Below are positions 13,170-26,690 of a stretch of 64,000 bases of DNA, piece by piece. The notes beneath the pieces were generated by a model, which ran no database searches, was not told the DNA's origin, and was given only the letters and a program-made list of their open reading frames with translations. The stretch is from positions 223,827 through 287,826 of the forward strand of contig MNCI01001420.1 of the NCBI GenBank assembly GCA_015680685.1, in the 5' to 3' direction. Origin of the DNA: Gnetum montanum. Taxonomy: Eukaryota; Plantae; Gnetophyta. Position 1 is the first letter of the stretch. Each line of letters opens with the position of its first letter. The position numbers and the translations under genes are program-made.

Positions 13170-15402
13170 TGTACCATCCGAAATCATCGGTGAGAGGCTG
13201 GAATGAACAAACATCGAGAGATCTATGGACGAAATAGTAAGACCCTGCCTTCACCTGAGGGCAAGCTGGAAATTAATGGAGGCAGAGTGCCTTGAATGGT
13301 CTGCACGCATATCAAATGAGAACTTCCCCAAACGTACGCAATTACGATGCGTTGGGTTATACATAAACAAATGTAAAATTGAATGTAAACAAATGAAAAC
13401 GGATGTAAACTATTCAAATAATGAAAACAGGAAAAATGTGAATAGGAAAAATAATGTAAACTTCAGGAATCTGGGGAATAATGCAAACTATTTGTATTGA
13501 TAAACAATTAGAATGTGCACCGGTCAGAATGTAGTTGCGGTTTGGTCGTAAGGCGAACGTTTAGCCCTGATGGATGAGAGCAGGTGCTGGGAAGATGCAG
13601 GCTTTGGATTGCAGGTGTACAACATCCAGTGTGTATGAAGCCCATCATATGAGATTGATGCCCAGATCTCCTAAGTGTGTTAGATTCAAATTTTTTGAAC
13701 CTTGATCTAGTGGAAAAATAGGAGATTTATAGGGTTTTGGACGTGAGATTCGGATCTAGGAGAAGATCAGTGGCTGCGGGGTGAGAAACATTTGGATTGG
13801 GTGACAAGTTTGTGTGTTGACCGGATGCACAGAAATTGTTACAATGTATAGTGTAGCGTCCAAGATCTCTTACGTTGGCGTGTGTAATGCCCAGCGTAAG
13901 AACTTGAAACACTGAAAAAAATGTCAAAAATGCAACAAATGTTAATGTACAAGCATGGATCTGGGTGTCTAGCCTCTAGATCTATAGTTCTGTGCTATTT
14001 TTGTGCTACCAAAGCCTCCAGCATGTGTGGATTTGGCTCTGATGTGTGCGCAGCCTATTCTGGCATTAACGTCTGGCATCCAATGTCTAGCGTATGAAAG
14101 TGTTTACGCTGGGTTTATGCTGCTGGAAGCATGCCAACGTGACTAACAATGTTTGACCTAAAAACAATGCATTTTGAACCCATTTTTGACCTGTGAGACC
14201 CATTTTCAGAGTGGATCTGCATGCCATGGGTCATGAGGGTTCTGTGTGCCAAATTTGGGCTAATTTGGATGTCGTTTTAGCCCTGTTTTGTTTGATTATG
14301 CTAGGCATTACGCTGTGCAACGTCTGAAAAAGTAACCCCAGCGTCACCAAGTGTTTCTGCCCTATTTTGAGCTCATTTTTGTATGTTGATGCCTGTTTGA
14401 TGTTGCCTGACTACTGCCTGCTCTCCAAGGTGGCTTGGGTGCAAATTTTGACTTTTTTTGGCTATCATTTTGGGCCTGTTTGGGTTTGTTACGCTGTTCA
14501 TACGCTATGCAACGTCTGAAAAAGTAACCCCAACGTCACCAAGTTAAAATGGCACATTTGAGTCTCAAATTTGGAGTTTTTGAAGCTTGTGAACAAGTAT
14601 GAGTGCTACTGGTCCTTGTGGGTTGCTCTGGTGTCGAAGATGCTGCCTAAACCTACTTGTTCTGCCCTATTTTTGCTTGGTTACACTATGCTTACGTTGT
14701 GCAGCGTCTAAAAAAGTAACCCCAGCGTCACCAACTGAAAATACCTCATTTAAGGCCAAAATTTTAATTTTTTGGGGGCTGGGAGCTGCTAGGGGCCTTG
14801 GCGAAGGTCATGGGTGGTCCTTGTGCTCAATTTCAGCTTGTTTGAACTTAGTTTTAGGGCTCCAAAAGTTGGTTACGCTGATCCTTACGTTGTGCAGTGT
14901 AAGCCAGCATGACCAAAATGTACTTAGCCTGAACTAGGCATCTTGAGCTCGGAACTTATGATTCTGGATGTCAAAAGTTGGTGTAGTCACTTGTGGGCCC
15001 TAGGGGGATCATGCCTGTTGAATCATGAACCATCGGTGGCTATTTCAGAGGCCTCCAAGTTTGGTCATGCTGTACTCATGCTTGGGCAATTGCATGACTT
15101 AACTTGAATCTTGTTTGAAAGTGCTAGGCCAAAATTTTGTGGTGTTTTCATTATTTAAACAGTTTACATCCATTTTCATTTTTTTACATTCAATTTTGCA
15201 TTTGTTTATGTATAACCCAACGCATCGCAATTGCGTACGTTTGGGGAAGTCTTCGTTTGATCCACGTGCGGACCATTCAAGGCACTCTGCCTCCGTTAAT
15301 TTCTAGCTTGCCCTCTGGCGAAGACAAGATCTTACTATTTTGTCCGTAGATCTCTCCGCGTCTGTTCATTCTAGCCTCTCGTCGACGATTTCGGACGTTA
15401 CA
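13170..15402. mobile_element. LTR-derived fold-back insertion: minus-strand Tat-type solo LTR plus an inverted copy of its U5 end, giving 260-bp terminal inverted repeats; 5-bp TSD CACAT
   Basis: 13170-13429 is the reverse complement of 15143-15402 (roughly 85% identical by eye). TG..CA ends. CACAT at 13165-13169 and 15403-15407. Tat-type LTR start TGAAAACACCACAAAATTTT on minus at 15150. Minus-strand TATA CCCTATAAAT at ~13725-13734. Confidence 0.9.
14290..14740. repeat. Three ~190-bp-period repeats (core ACGCTGTGCAACGTCTGAAAAAGTAACCCCAGCGTCACCAA) inside the fold-back LTR
   Basis: Core seen at ~14310, ~14502 and ~14693, with a weaker fourth near 14875. Confidence 0.8.
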
Positions 15403-15419
15403 CACATGAGGTAGATATT

Positions 15420-17102
15420 TGAAACACCACCAAATTTGGGCTCCTAGGTCCCGATTGCAAAGTTGGCTAAGTGTCAAAATTTGACAAATTTTTTCTAAGT
15501 GTTGAGACCATGCTTCCCATTGTTAGGACTATGCTTTAGAGCATAGTTAGTGTATTTGGCACAAACAGCCTAGATTTGCAAATTTTTCTAAGTGTCGATA
15601 GTGGCTGCAAAATTTTCTATGTGTCTAACTATGCTCCCCCTACCAAGACTACGCTCTAGAGCATAGTTAATGTAGTCTACACACTAGTGGCTAGTTTTGT
15701 AGATTTGCCTAAGTGTTAAGGTAGAAGTTGTTAGGCTTGGTTGACATGGAAGAAATAGTTTGGTAGATTTTCTAACTTCTAAGGCTACAATCCCTATTAT
15801 GCTCTAGAGCATAGTTAGCATAGTCCACATGAAGACATCAATTTTTGCTAGATTTTTTAATTATCCTGACTATGCTCTCACTGTTGAGACTATGCTCTAG
15901 AGCGTAGTCAGTGTTGGAGCATAGTTTTTGCAAAATTTGCCTAACTCTTTGGGACTATGCTGTAGAGCGTAGTCATGTAGAGTTCCCTTCAGAAGCCTTC
16001 AAAGTTTAGCATTGGCCTTCATCTTAGCTCTAATATTCCCTCAGCAAGCAGGATTAGCAATTTACATTTCATTTGCACCCATCTATTTGCCCCCAAATTG
16101 TACCTATGCTTGACATCACTCGAGAGAGTGGGCAACGTAGTCCCAAAGTATAGTCTTCAAAACTACACTGTTTTGCATTATTTTTAGGTACATTGCGCTT
16201 TGTTCAGCACTTGCACATGTAGTCTCAATAGCGTAGTCATAGTTGGCAGTCTCATAGGGTTCATTGGAGCACACCAGGAAAACACCATTTTGCTTCAATG
16301 GGAGCATAGTTGGGGCTAGCATAGTCCCAACTACCCCTTTGCCATGTGGTGCCTGATCCATGACTCATGCTAATCTTAGCTTTATAAATACCCTAGTGCT
16401 CCATGTTTTAGGGGTTGGCATTTTGGCATTTCAGTTGGCATTTTGAAGTGATCACTTGACACTTTCAGCACTTGGCAAACTCAAAGCACACCTAGCATTT
16501 TGGGTAGACACCATTACACACCACCACAACACCATTGTACATCACCCAACATATTGTACATCACTGCAACTTGTAGGACAACGTGACAACCAACCCAATA
16601 GGCTTACACTTTATGGTAGACATCAATTCTTCGTAGCCAAACACCTTCAGACTATGACTACGCTGCCTACTGCACCTGTTTGTACACTACATACCTCCTA
16701 CACTTTTCTTTGTAGTTAACTATGCTCCCCTCGTCTAGGGTGGTGCTACTTTCTCTCTTGCTCACATTCTATGCATTTTTCATATTTTCTCTTCAAATTT
16801 AGCATCCTACTTGCATTTTTCATTATTTAAGCACATATTTGCATATTTTCACCCTTATTTTTATACTTTGAACCTCTACTATGCTTACACCTATTGGCAT
16901 CGCAGACATCACAAAACATTGTGTAAACTCCCTTGAGACTCGTCTTGTTATAACACCCATAAGTCCTAGTTCAATCAATAAGACCATTCTGGGCACCCCA
17001 CCTTCATTCCTAGCAGGCCCTCATGTGGAAGCAAGGTCAAGGCTATGTGATCATAGACCTCTTGGAGTCCCAGTCCAGCCTTTGACATTTTTAGTTGCTA
17101 CA
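15420..17102 (+). repeat. 5' LTR of the Tat element
   Basis: TGAAACACCACC...GTTGCTACA, a direct repeat of 31877-33549. TATA TATAAATACCC at ~16383. Confidence 0.95.
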
Positions 17103-17108
17103 GTTTTT

Positions 17109-17125
17109 TGGCCCTAGAAGGAGGG
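17109..17125 (+). promoter_or_regulatory. Primer-binding site, tRNA-Asn
   Basis: TGGCCCTAGAAGGAGGG has one mismatch to the complement of the plant tRNA-Asn 3' end and lies just after the LTR. Confidence 0.85.
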
Positions 17126-17525
17126 CCTTTGCCATTTCCTTCTTCGGCCATCCCTTGGTTTTTTCCTTACATGCTTTCTTTAGCTTGTGCAAATTGGTCA
17201 CTGTTGTTAGTTTCCTTGGAATCTTGCTTGAAAACACTTGAGTGTTTACACTTAAGCCAAATTCTGGGTACTCAACAGAGCGTAGCTAGCTCCAGTGTAG
17301 CGACTGTAGTCAGCTCTATGTATAGTGCCAGAGTTAGTCATTTTTTAGCACATTTACACTTAGTCATTTTTCTCTGCGTTTTAAACTTAGTCATTTTTTT
17401 GCATGTTTTACACTTACCCATTTTCTTTATTAGTTACATATTTAGCCATTTTTTTCGCATCTTTTCACTTAGCTATTTTTTTCTTATCTTTTGCATTAGC
17501 AATCTTTTGCATTTCTCCTTACATC

Positions 17526-20500
17526 ATGAATCCTAAGTAGCCTTTGACCTCTGCTTTAAACACAGTTGTTGTCCGACTCAATTAGCGGGAGATCCTGATT
17601 GACCTTCCTGGGGCTGGGGGTCTTGTCCTAGCATAGAGGTAATTTTTTAGGTAGTGCAACCTACCTCCTGAGGTCATGGTGCTCAATGACGAGCAATACA
17701 ACTTCGTTTGCGCAAAACTCTAGGTAAGTTTGCCCTTAGACCACCAAGAAATGAACTCTAAACATAGTTATGAGCTCATCCATTGCAACGAGAGGGAATG
17801 GTTACCTTCCGATTTTAACTTTATCCTACCCATAGAAGACTACTAATGGATGCTGGATAACTTCATTTCCAACATGGATAGTGACGTAGGGATGGACTAC
17901 AAGGAGCCCCTGTAGGAGGAGTTAGGTCAGTTGAGGCTTAATCCGAGTGTGATAGCTCATTCAATGCCTCATTCTAGTAGACAGTCCCTGCTTTTGTTCC
18001 TTCATTGTCCCACAACTTGGTGTCACCACCCAGGTCAACACCTATGGTGGCAACTCACCAAACATAGTAGACATATTAAGATGTTGCTCTACCTTTGTTT
18101 GGTTGTGAACTAAGAATATGTAGTTCCACCACTGGTGTTGCCTACTAGGGTCTCACTCCCACAATTCACCAAATACAACAATGAAGGGGACCCTAATGCC
18201 CATTTGGTAACTTTCTAGTTAGAATGCCTCTTTGCTGCAAACATGGCCAAATGTCATCATCCATGCATTCGCCATGTCCTTGATAGGTAAGGCACTGGAT
18301 TAGTATTGTGCACTCCCTAGGGCCTCCATCTCCTCTTTGGAGGAATTACTTACCCAATTTGTCACTCACTTCAAGTACAACTTGAAGCCTAAGGTGACCC
18401 TGGATAAGCTTATGCAAGTAAATCAGGGCCACTTAGAGCCCATGCAAAAATTCATTTAGCAATGGAGCACATCGCTTAATGAGATTTGCTAGCCCATTGC
18501 GGAAACACACTTGCTGGCCATGTTTAAAGGTGTAATAAATGACTTTATGAAGTTGAAACTAGACTACCTTGCCCTACAATCCTTGAGTTAAGAATTTTCT
18601 TAGACCAAGAGCATTGACGATGCAGCAGAGGCTAGCAAGGATCTGGCCTATGTGGCCTACAAAAACCTACACTTAAAGAAAGAGAAAGACAAGGATAAAG
18701 GCAAGCAAGCAACCACAGTCATTGCAATGGTGGCCAATGAGGCTAAGCCAGCCAACACCAAACTAATGGCTAAGCTACCCAAGGCTTCGACCAACAACAA
18801 AAAGGTGGCTGGCTCTAGCACAGTGGTAAAAAACTAGCCTGCATCATTGGTGGCCACAGCACCAGCTGCCACAAGGCCTAACTTTAAGCATAAGGATCTT
18901 TCAAAGCACACACCATTGCCTATTAAGTGATTAGAGCTTTTGGATTAATTGCTTCATGTTGGATGCATCTAGTATAAGCAAATGTCTAAGGATGCTCATA
19001 AGTAGCATGATCGATATTGCGAGCTTCTCAAAAATCTTTTGGTTGTGCTACCTAATGAGCCTTTGGCCCCTAAGCATTTTAGATTGGACTGATTTTTCCA
19101 ATATCACCAATTGCAAGGTCACAATATAGACTTTTGCATGGCTTTGCAGGACGATACACAATGCATGATTGACAAAGGCGAGTTAGTCCTTGATGCAACC
19201 AACCCAGTGCATTCCCAGAACTAATCAATGGAGGTTTACAAGGACCCTCTCAATGTAAGTGGTGTAGGGTGCATCATTAATGCATTTGCATTGATGATGA
19301 CTTAGAATCGATGTAGGAACTATTCATGGTTTATGTTCCATCTGGCAAAACTAGGGCTTTCTCGACATCAACCAGTTTGAGAATCCTTTTTGTCATCAGA
19401 GCACCACCTCAAGCACCCATAACATCCTTTGTGGTCAGGGCCTGTAGCACGTTATAGTAGTAACAGTTCAAACATCCTTCATTGTAAGGGTATCACAATG
19501 TGTGGATTCCCCTCTTGTTGGGAGTTTGGTGGTGGGCAATGCATTAGTTACTGCTCACCCAAGACCCCATCCTATAGCCAACACTAATAGGTAATTTAGA
19601 TGGAAACCTGGAAGGCCCAACAAGTGCTTTGCTAATTACATGCTTAGGTAGAAATAGGAGCAAAGGGCACTAGGCCCACTAAAGCCTATCCCCTTGTCTT
19701 CTATCCTAATGGCCCAACCAATAGAAGAGGCCATTGTAACTAACAACCAACAACGAAGCACTAAAGCTCCAAAGCAAACAAGGTACGTAAGGCCCAAATC
19801 CTCTCCATGAGAGATTCATCTCTTGGGCCACATGTAGGAGATGAAGGCCACCAATAACAAAGTAGCAGACAATGGTAAAGATTTCCTTGATGCATTAACA
19901 CAAGTCAAGTAGGCTTTAAAACAAAAAAAATATAATGCTAAGCCTGTACAACTTGATAATGATCACCTCCTCCCATCATGAAGCATTAGTTCACATGTTG
20001 ACCTTCATCCCTATCATGGAGGACATCCCAGCAAATGAACAATCCATTCATGTTGTGATGTTACTTCCTCCCCCGCAGGAATCGAGTTCAACTCCCCTAG
20101 CATTTCATGATGAGGTAATCAAGGTGGACCCTGAGAAGGGTCAAGTCATTATTGTGTTGATGTTTATCACCATCAGCATGGGGGAATGCAGAATCCATAC
20201 AGTGCACGTTGACAATGGGGTGGCAACCAACATCATCTCATATACAGTCGTTGACAAGGTTAGTCTTGATGAACAAATTAAACCAACAAAGACAACAAGC
20301 CTGAATTCTTTTAATGGGTCATGTGTTTTCATAAAGGGAATTTTCATGATAGGCTTCATGGCAAGGGAGCAATTTCCCACCATAGCAGAATTCATAGTGG
20401 TTAAGAAGATGCCAGGTTTCAACCTAATCTTGGGTGGGCCTTGGTTAGCCCAATTACAAGTTGTCTCCTCCCCAATCCATTAGGAAACCCACCTTCCATA

Positions 20501-20807
20501 CGAAGGTGGAGAGGTTATCATACATGGTGACAATGCAACCCCTCTAACCGTTAGTAACATTGACATTGAACAAGGGTCAAAGGTGGAGTTCTCTAATGAC
20601 ATGCCTCCCACGAAGGATGAAGGCAAAAAATGTGAAGCAAACCAACCCGAAGAGCCAACGGGAGCCCTTGACCTTCTGAAGGACACTTTGTGGGTAGAAT
20701 TGCCCTTCGACATAACTAACGAAGGTCAAGGTAAGTACTGTATTGTATCTTCTAGGCCCTATGCACCACCTAACCCACATTGGATTAGGAAACAACTATG
20801 TGACTAA
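17526..20807 (+). pseudogene. gag: Degenerate gag-protease of the Tat element
   Basis: FTKYNNEGDPNAHLV, GKALD*YCALPRASISSLEELLTQFVTHF, a His/Cys knuckle remnant at ~19095-19140, and protease VHVDNGVATNII plus FNLILGGPWL in ORF 19935-20483. Confidence 0.9.
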
Positions 20808-21039
20808 GGCATCCCCTTAGTCCAATAGGGTGCTTGCCTGCCCCATTTTTGCATGTTTTGCTTGTTTGCATTTTGCGTTAGCTTAGGTGATTGCATACCT
20901 TATTATGCATTTATTTCTCATGTTTGTGCATTTTTGTTAAGTCCACATTTTTGCTTTAGCATTTAGTTTACACATAAAAAAATAGCAAAACGCATAAAAA
21001 ATCATAAAATTCAAAAATTACAAAACACCACGGCCCGCA

Positions 21040-21310
21040 AAGACCTAAAACTGACAATCTTTCTCCCTTTTATTGCATGGCCTGAAAAGGCCTTAAACTA
21101 ACACATGGTCTACCATGGCCCTAAATTGGCATTGTGTGGCTTGCCATGGCCTTAAATTAGCATCGTATGGCTCGAAATGGCCTAAAACTACTAGCATGAC
21201 TTGCCTAGACCACCATGGCCTAAAACTAGCAAAAATTTTTTCTTATCACACAACTCGGAATGACCTTAAACTATCATTGGGGCCTGAAATGGTCTAAAAT
21301 TAGCAATCGC
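21040..21310 (+). repeat. Degenerate array of a (GG/GA)CCTTAAA(C/T)T(G/A)GCA motif with variable spacers, about 8 units
   Basis: Units at ~21042, 21089, 21117, 21148, 21179, 21217, 21262 and 21291. Confidence 0.7.
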
Positions 21311-21499
21311 TATAGCCCAATTGCATCAATTCATTGCATCATTAACATTAAACACATAGCAAATGAATACAAAAGTCTACTCCATGTAGCAAAACTCCAC
21401 TACATCTCATTAAAATATAATAATACATCACATGATCATCCATGTTAGATTACAAAAATACACAAAAATACAAAAATTCCCAATGATAGGGCTACATCA

Positions 21500-24400
21500 G
21501 GATTCACTTAACCAATGGTGCTAGGTGGGGGTGGAGGCTCCTCTTCTTTTGCTATGTTGTTGGGGCCTACAACATCACTTGCTACCTATCAAAAACAATA
21601 ACAACAACAACAATAAAACATAAAATTGTAAGCAAATGTACAATATGCAACTAATAGAAAAATCACAAAAAATAAAACAAAGAACTAACCTAAGAGGCTC
21701 TTGCATTGGCCATGTCTTAAGGCCCTCCTACAAGTGTTAAAGGATTGTGAGCTCTGATATCCATGTGCAATCCTCTTGGCTGAAGTCAACATCCACAAGG
21801 GTCATATCTTTGTCCATGGTGAACCATGTGAGTGGCTGCATAGAAAAGGTAGTAGATAAAGCCTCCCTTGAGGGCATGGTAATTTCCCACTCTGAGGAGT
21901 CACTAACCACTATGTGGTGAGCTAATATCTTGAAAGCCTGACTCCCACTAATCACCTTAATGAACAACTCGAGGTGGCAAGCCTTGAAGGACTCTTCCTT
22001 GAGTTGCTATAGATATGCATCTCGCTCATGCTTATAGTGGCATTTGTGATTTTTCTGCATGTGCTTCCACTTGCACACTTTAGCGTTGAAATTTTTCTAA
22101 TCTTGGCCCTTTCGAGCAAGCAGATCTATCTATAGCCTTTGCTCAATGATCTCCCAGGTGGTCTCATTCTTGCCTTAGATGGTCGACCAATACTTGGCAT
22201 AATCAATCTTTACAGTTCGCTAGGTATTATCTCCTTGTGCCTAAGTCGACAAGAAATCATATCGGGATTGGAGGTTCTCGATCTTCATGTTCTAGCTTAC
22301 CATTGTCTCCTGAAGCTCATGTACATGTTTCCATAGGTACTCGTTTGAGCACCTATAGGTCCATAACAGTTTCCTAGAAGAAAGCGTGCACTTGTTGGTT
22401 TCCTCATACACATGGTGAGACACCTGCTCCACTTCAAGGGGGTACTTGAGAATGACATCCATCTTAGCCACCTGGTTCTGATCCCAATGGAGCTGAGAAC
22501 CTATTGGCATGTAACAAGAAAATTAATAATAAGCCAAAGACTAAACATAAAATTGGTAGAGCAACATAAGAAAAATAAAATAATGCATACTGAACTTGGG
22601 ATCCACCTAATGTATGCGGTCTACCATATCCTCAACAATGCCTTCCATGAAGGTAAACTTGTTTGGTGTCTCTACGCATGGCTCCATGTGGTAGGTAGGT
22701 GTAGGCGATGGACCACTAGCAGGTGCATCTGAGGCTACATAATAATAATACTTAGCAACAACCAAATAGCCAAAGATGTGAGAGCGAAGTTCAAAAACAG
22801 ATGACAACTTAAAGCACTTACCAAGTAAGCCCTTAGGTGTGAGAGCAAGGGGGTCTTCCAACTACACATCATCAAAGAGGCTGGAAAAATCACCCTCGTC
22901 AGGGTGGAACAACCCCTTTGCATCAAACTGCTGGAAGGTCTTTGTGGCCTTGTGCAGCTCCTCTCTAGGTACCTCCTCCTCCTTAGTTTGAGGAGGGGCC
23001 ATCTCTACTACTACCATCGCCATTGCTTTGGTAGCCTTCTCACATAATTCACAAACATAACATAGTAGCATTAGCCTGACATAATAAGAAAACATGAAAA
23101 GATAAACAAAATATATATATATAATGAATGCATTTAAGACATGTGTATTAACCTGCAACAACTGTCCATAAGGTGGGTATCTTAAGGCAAATTTTCTTGG
23201 TGTCCACCTGTCCAATCGTAGGGGCAGATTCCTTTGTCAAGCATGGCCTCTTGATCTTTGCCTTGGATGGTCCCACCATTTCTACGATATAACGGTTGGC
23301 CTTGTTCACATTCTCAATAATAACTGGGGGACACTTGCCCATGCTGTCATGAAAATAATATGATTGTGACTGCCCAAGATGACCTTTGGTCGTAACTGAG
23401 TACTACTCATCGATCCTCTTTGGGGGGGTCCTACATGTGAGTGGTTGTGAAGAGGTGCCTGACCCAAGGCTTGGAAAACTGCTTACAACCTTGCACTACC
23501 CAATGCTTACTATCTTAGACCACCAGAAACTCCATGAACCTTCATAGATACATTGTGAAGAACATGAAGTGCATGTGAGACCTTGTTTGAAGGTTGTAGT
23601 GAAGTCTGGTGATCTCTGCTTACAGTCCAGTGGCGAGGAAGGAGGCCCAATTGAGCCTCGTGCCTTCCTCCAATACCTTCCTTATCACTCATGCCTGCTC
23701 CACCCTAAGGATTTTTCCTTGGAAGAGCAACTTTGGAAAGGAACAAGCATGAAAAAGAGGGTACAGCTCCCAGATCTCATGCACATGCACATTTCTAACT
23801 ATGATGCCTTTGTGAGATTGGGTGGTTCTTAGCCACTCCTCGATCTCTCCTTTGTAGTCCACCTCTTTGTTGGCCTTGTTAATGATCAATGGGCCATTGA
23901 AGGGGAGGCCAAAGAGGTCAGTAAAGAAGGCATCGCTAAGGTCCAAGACTACCCTCACTCCATGCACATGGGTGACGAAGCGATAGACGTCACTACTGAA
24001 GGAGTCTATAATGATGATCATTTTAACCACTAGAATGCTTAGGCTAAGGGCCAAGAAAAGGTCCATCAACCTAGCATGTGTGAGTCAATTAATCAATGCC
24101 TCACAGGCTTGATGGCACAACCAATGTTGTGCCCCCTTCACATCACCGTATTTCATGATGAAGGTGGCCTCGTTGCGACCTATGATGACTACTGTCACCT
24201 CTCCTGAAGAAACTACAACTTCAACATAAGCAAAAACAATGATAGCATCATGCAACAGTGAATCAATGAGTGTATGTGAGAAGGCATAAAAGCCAAACAC
24301 ATAAACGCTCACGTGGAACAAACGGTGTGCAAGATAGAGTTGGTGGTGCAATTGGCTCCTTAAAATTGGGCATACCACTAGCCTACCCCTCATCAAGCCA

Positions 24401-26690
24401 ATCATAGATCTTGCATCGCTCGAATGCCTTTAGGTACTAGGTATATTAATTCTTTAGATCATCTCCCACCTACTCAAGTACGACTTCCTAAAAGTTAAGA
24501 CTAGAGGAGAACACCTCTAAGGTAGTGCAGGTCAAGGCAAGAGCTCCTGGCTCGTCATGGAGTCCCTGATCATCAACTTTAAATTTGGCATTAAGCATAA
24601 ATAGTTAATAGTTAGAAAATATAGCATGATCCAATAGCATGGAAGACAATGCAAAGTCATAGGAGCAGTTACCCTTCGGTGCAATATACCATTCCAGATG
24701 AGTTTTTGAACATCGTATGCATTCATAGAGTGATAAAAAAGGAGTTGCTCCTATTATAATAAGAGAAATCTAGTGTTTCCCAGATCCTAGATGAGGGATG
24801 AGTGCCCCTTGGGTCTTGTCTCGAACCACTTGCTTTGTCATCACTGGTTGTGGGCTCATTGGACATAAATTTCAATATGTCCCAGTTGGCCCTTGGCAAC
24901 AATGTCTCGGTGATAGCACCCATAGCCTCCACTGTTAAGTGTGACCAAATGATTACACTGAAGTTCTATAGTAGGAATGCTAGGAATTTATATGCCCCAG
25001 GCTGAAACCATACCACTTGACAACCCAACTTCATATTCAGTGTAGGCATGTTGGGCACAGGCTCACTTATGCAGCAAAGAATGTCGATAAGCTCCATGAT
25101 CACCAAGATTGGCTTTAACAACACTCTACAAGCACACAAATAGAAATGTAGCATTAGTCTACAATAGATGCATTTTGGAAAAAACATATTAAATTAGATT
25201 CAGTAAAAAATATTAACATGACGTAGCATAAGTTAGCAAAATATCCTAGAGCCCCTTGGGCTCTATGGGTATAGGACGTCAACATACACATTTGACATGC
25301 ATGGTACTCATTAGGGTACAATATGTTTCACATAACATCATTGTTTTATTTTGTATGATTACATAACATGTTGCATTATCATTTCATTTTGCATGATTGC
25401 ACACTCAGCATTGGCATTTTGCATTTCATGGGTCTAACATTTTTGCATCAAATTTTTGAAAATGTTTTCTAACTCTGAGCAACGTGGTCCAAAAAATTGT
25501 AGAAAAAATTCTAACTTTGGGCTACCTCTGAGAGTATAGTCCAAGATGGAAAAATTTCTAACTGTTGTCCATGTTCCTTGGGGATTGTAGCCCTTAAAAC
25601 TTTGATAAAACTTCAAAAAGGTCAAACTGCTGGCTCTACTCACAAGGAGCGTAGCCCCTAAAAAATTTAGAATTTCTGAAAAACTAAAAATACTTACTTA
25701 AGCATTGTGCCTCGTGCACCTTGCACTCTTTTCCATTAGGCATCCAATGCCAGTGGTGGTCATGACCCTCATGACCACAACGATGATGCTACTGTGTGTT
25801 GCGTTGCTTGCCCTTAGCAAATGAAAAGCAAAACCTGAAAAAAATGCATCCTTGGTGTTGTTCTATCCCATAGCCCTTGTGGCTATGCATCCCTACCATA
25901 GAACGTTGAGCCCTCATGGCCCCCATAGCCACCTTCAAAGATGAAATCAAAAAAATAAGTGGTAGAAACCCTCTATCGCATCCTTGCTTTGTGGCATGCC
26001 ATTTTTGCCACCGCCGATGCTCTCATTCTTGCCTCTGCCATTACACTGTTAAAATTTCTTAAAATAGCAAAAAAAAAATTTTGTTTGCAAGACCTCACCA
26101 TGCTTCTACCCTGCAAGAGGTAGCCTTAGGGCCATTGCCAAAACCCCACAGCCCCACATAGGCTTGCGACCTTTTCCTCCATGTAGTCACATTGGCCGCT
26201 GTAGCAGCCATGAATGTTGTAACACATACCCTTGCACCATGCCATCGCCCATTTGAAACCCTTGTAATGCAAAACCCTCTCAAAAAATCACAAACCCTCA
26301 TGCACACATGCCCTCCCTTCTTAGTCATGATGGCCCAAATGGCTATGGTGGCAATGGCCCCTGCCATGGTTGGGCACTGCCAAAACCAAAACCTAGCCTC
26401 AAGTGCCTAAGTACAGAAAGCTAAAAGAATGAAAACAACAAAAAAGGGATGAGCATAGTCAAGGGTACCTGGTAGTCGGTGATGCCCTCTGCTCCTCTAC
26501 GCATGCCTGCGATAGGCATCTTAGGACTTGTTCTCCCTCATCCACATTGGCCAAGTTGGGGTGCTGACGTCCACTTCTGTGTGACATTATAGCAACTACG
26601 CTCTTGTAACCATGCTATGCTCTAGAAAGTTCATTTTCACCTTTTGACAATGACAAATTTACTAAGGGTAAAATGTGCTTTTATACTGCG
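21500..26690 (-). pseudogene. Antisense, multi-intron accessory gene inside the Tat element; product resembles plant-transposon/plant-mobile-domain-like accessory proteins with a charged, coiled-coil-like C-terminal part
   Basis: Minus-strand T-rich GT-AG introns at 21586-21689, 22501-22590, 22735-22821, 23039-23152 and 24213-24312; tentative introns at 25126-25697, 26046-26098 and 26407-26468. Exon peptide HGVRVVLDLSDAFFTDLFGLPFNG...VLEEGTRLNWASFLATGL. Candidate TATA GTATAAAAG at 26678-26686. Confidence 0.72.

Noticed and set aside
13170-15402. Mutator/MITE/foldback DNA transposon, suggested by the long TIRs
   Set aside because: The TSD is 5 bp with TG..CA ends (not 9-11 bp, TA or TAA), and the body carries a Tat LTR terminus and TATA box, so it is LTR-derived.
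21500-26690. Intact host gene captured by the retrotransposon
   Set aside because: Exons contain stops, and the only recognisable peptide resembles transposon accessory proteins. I could not match it to a cellular gene, though capture is not formally excluded.
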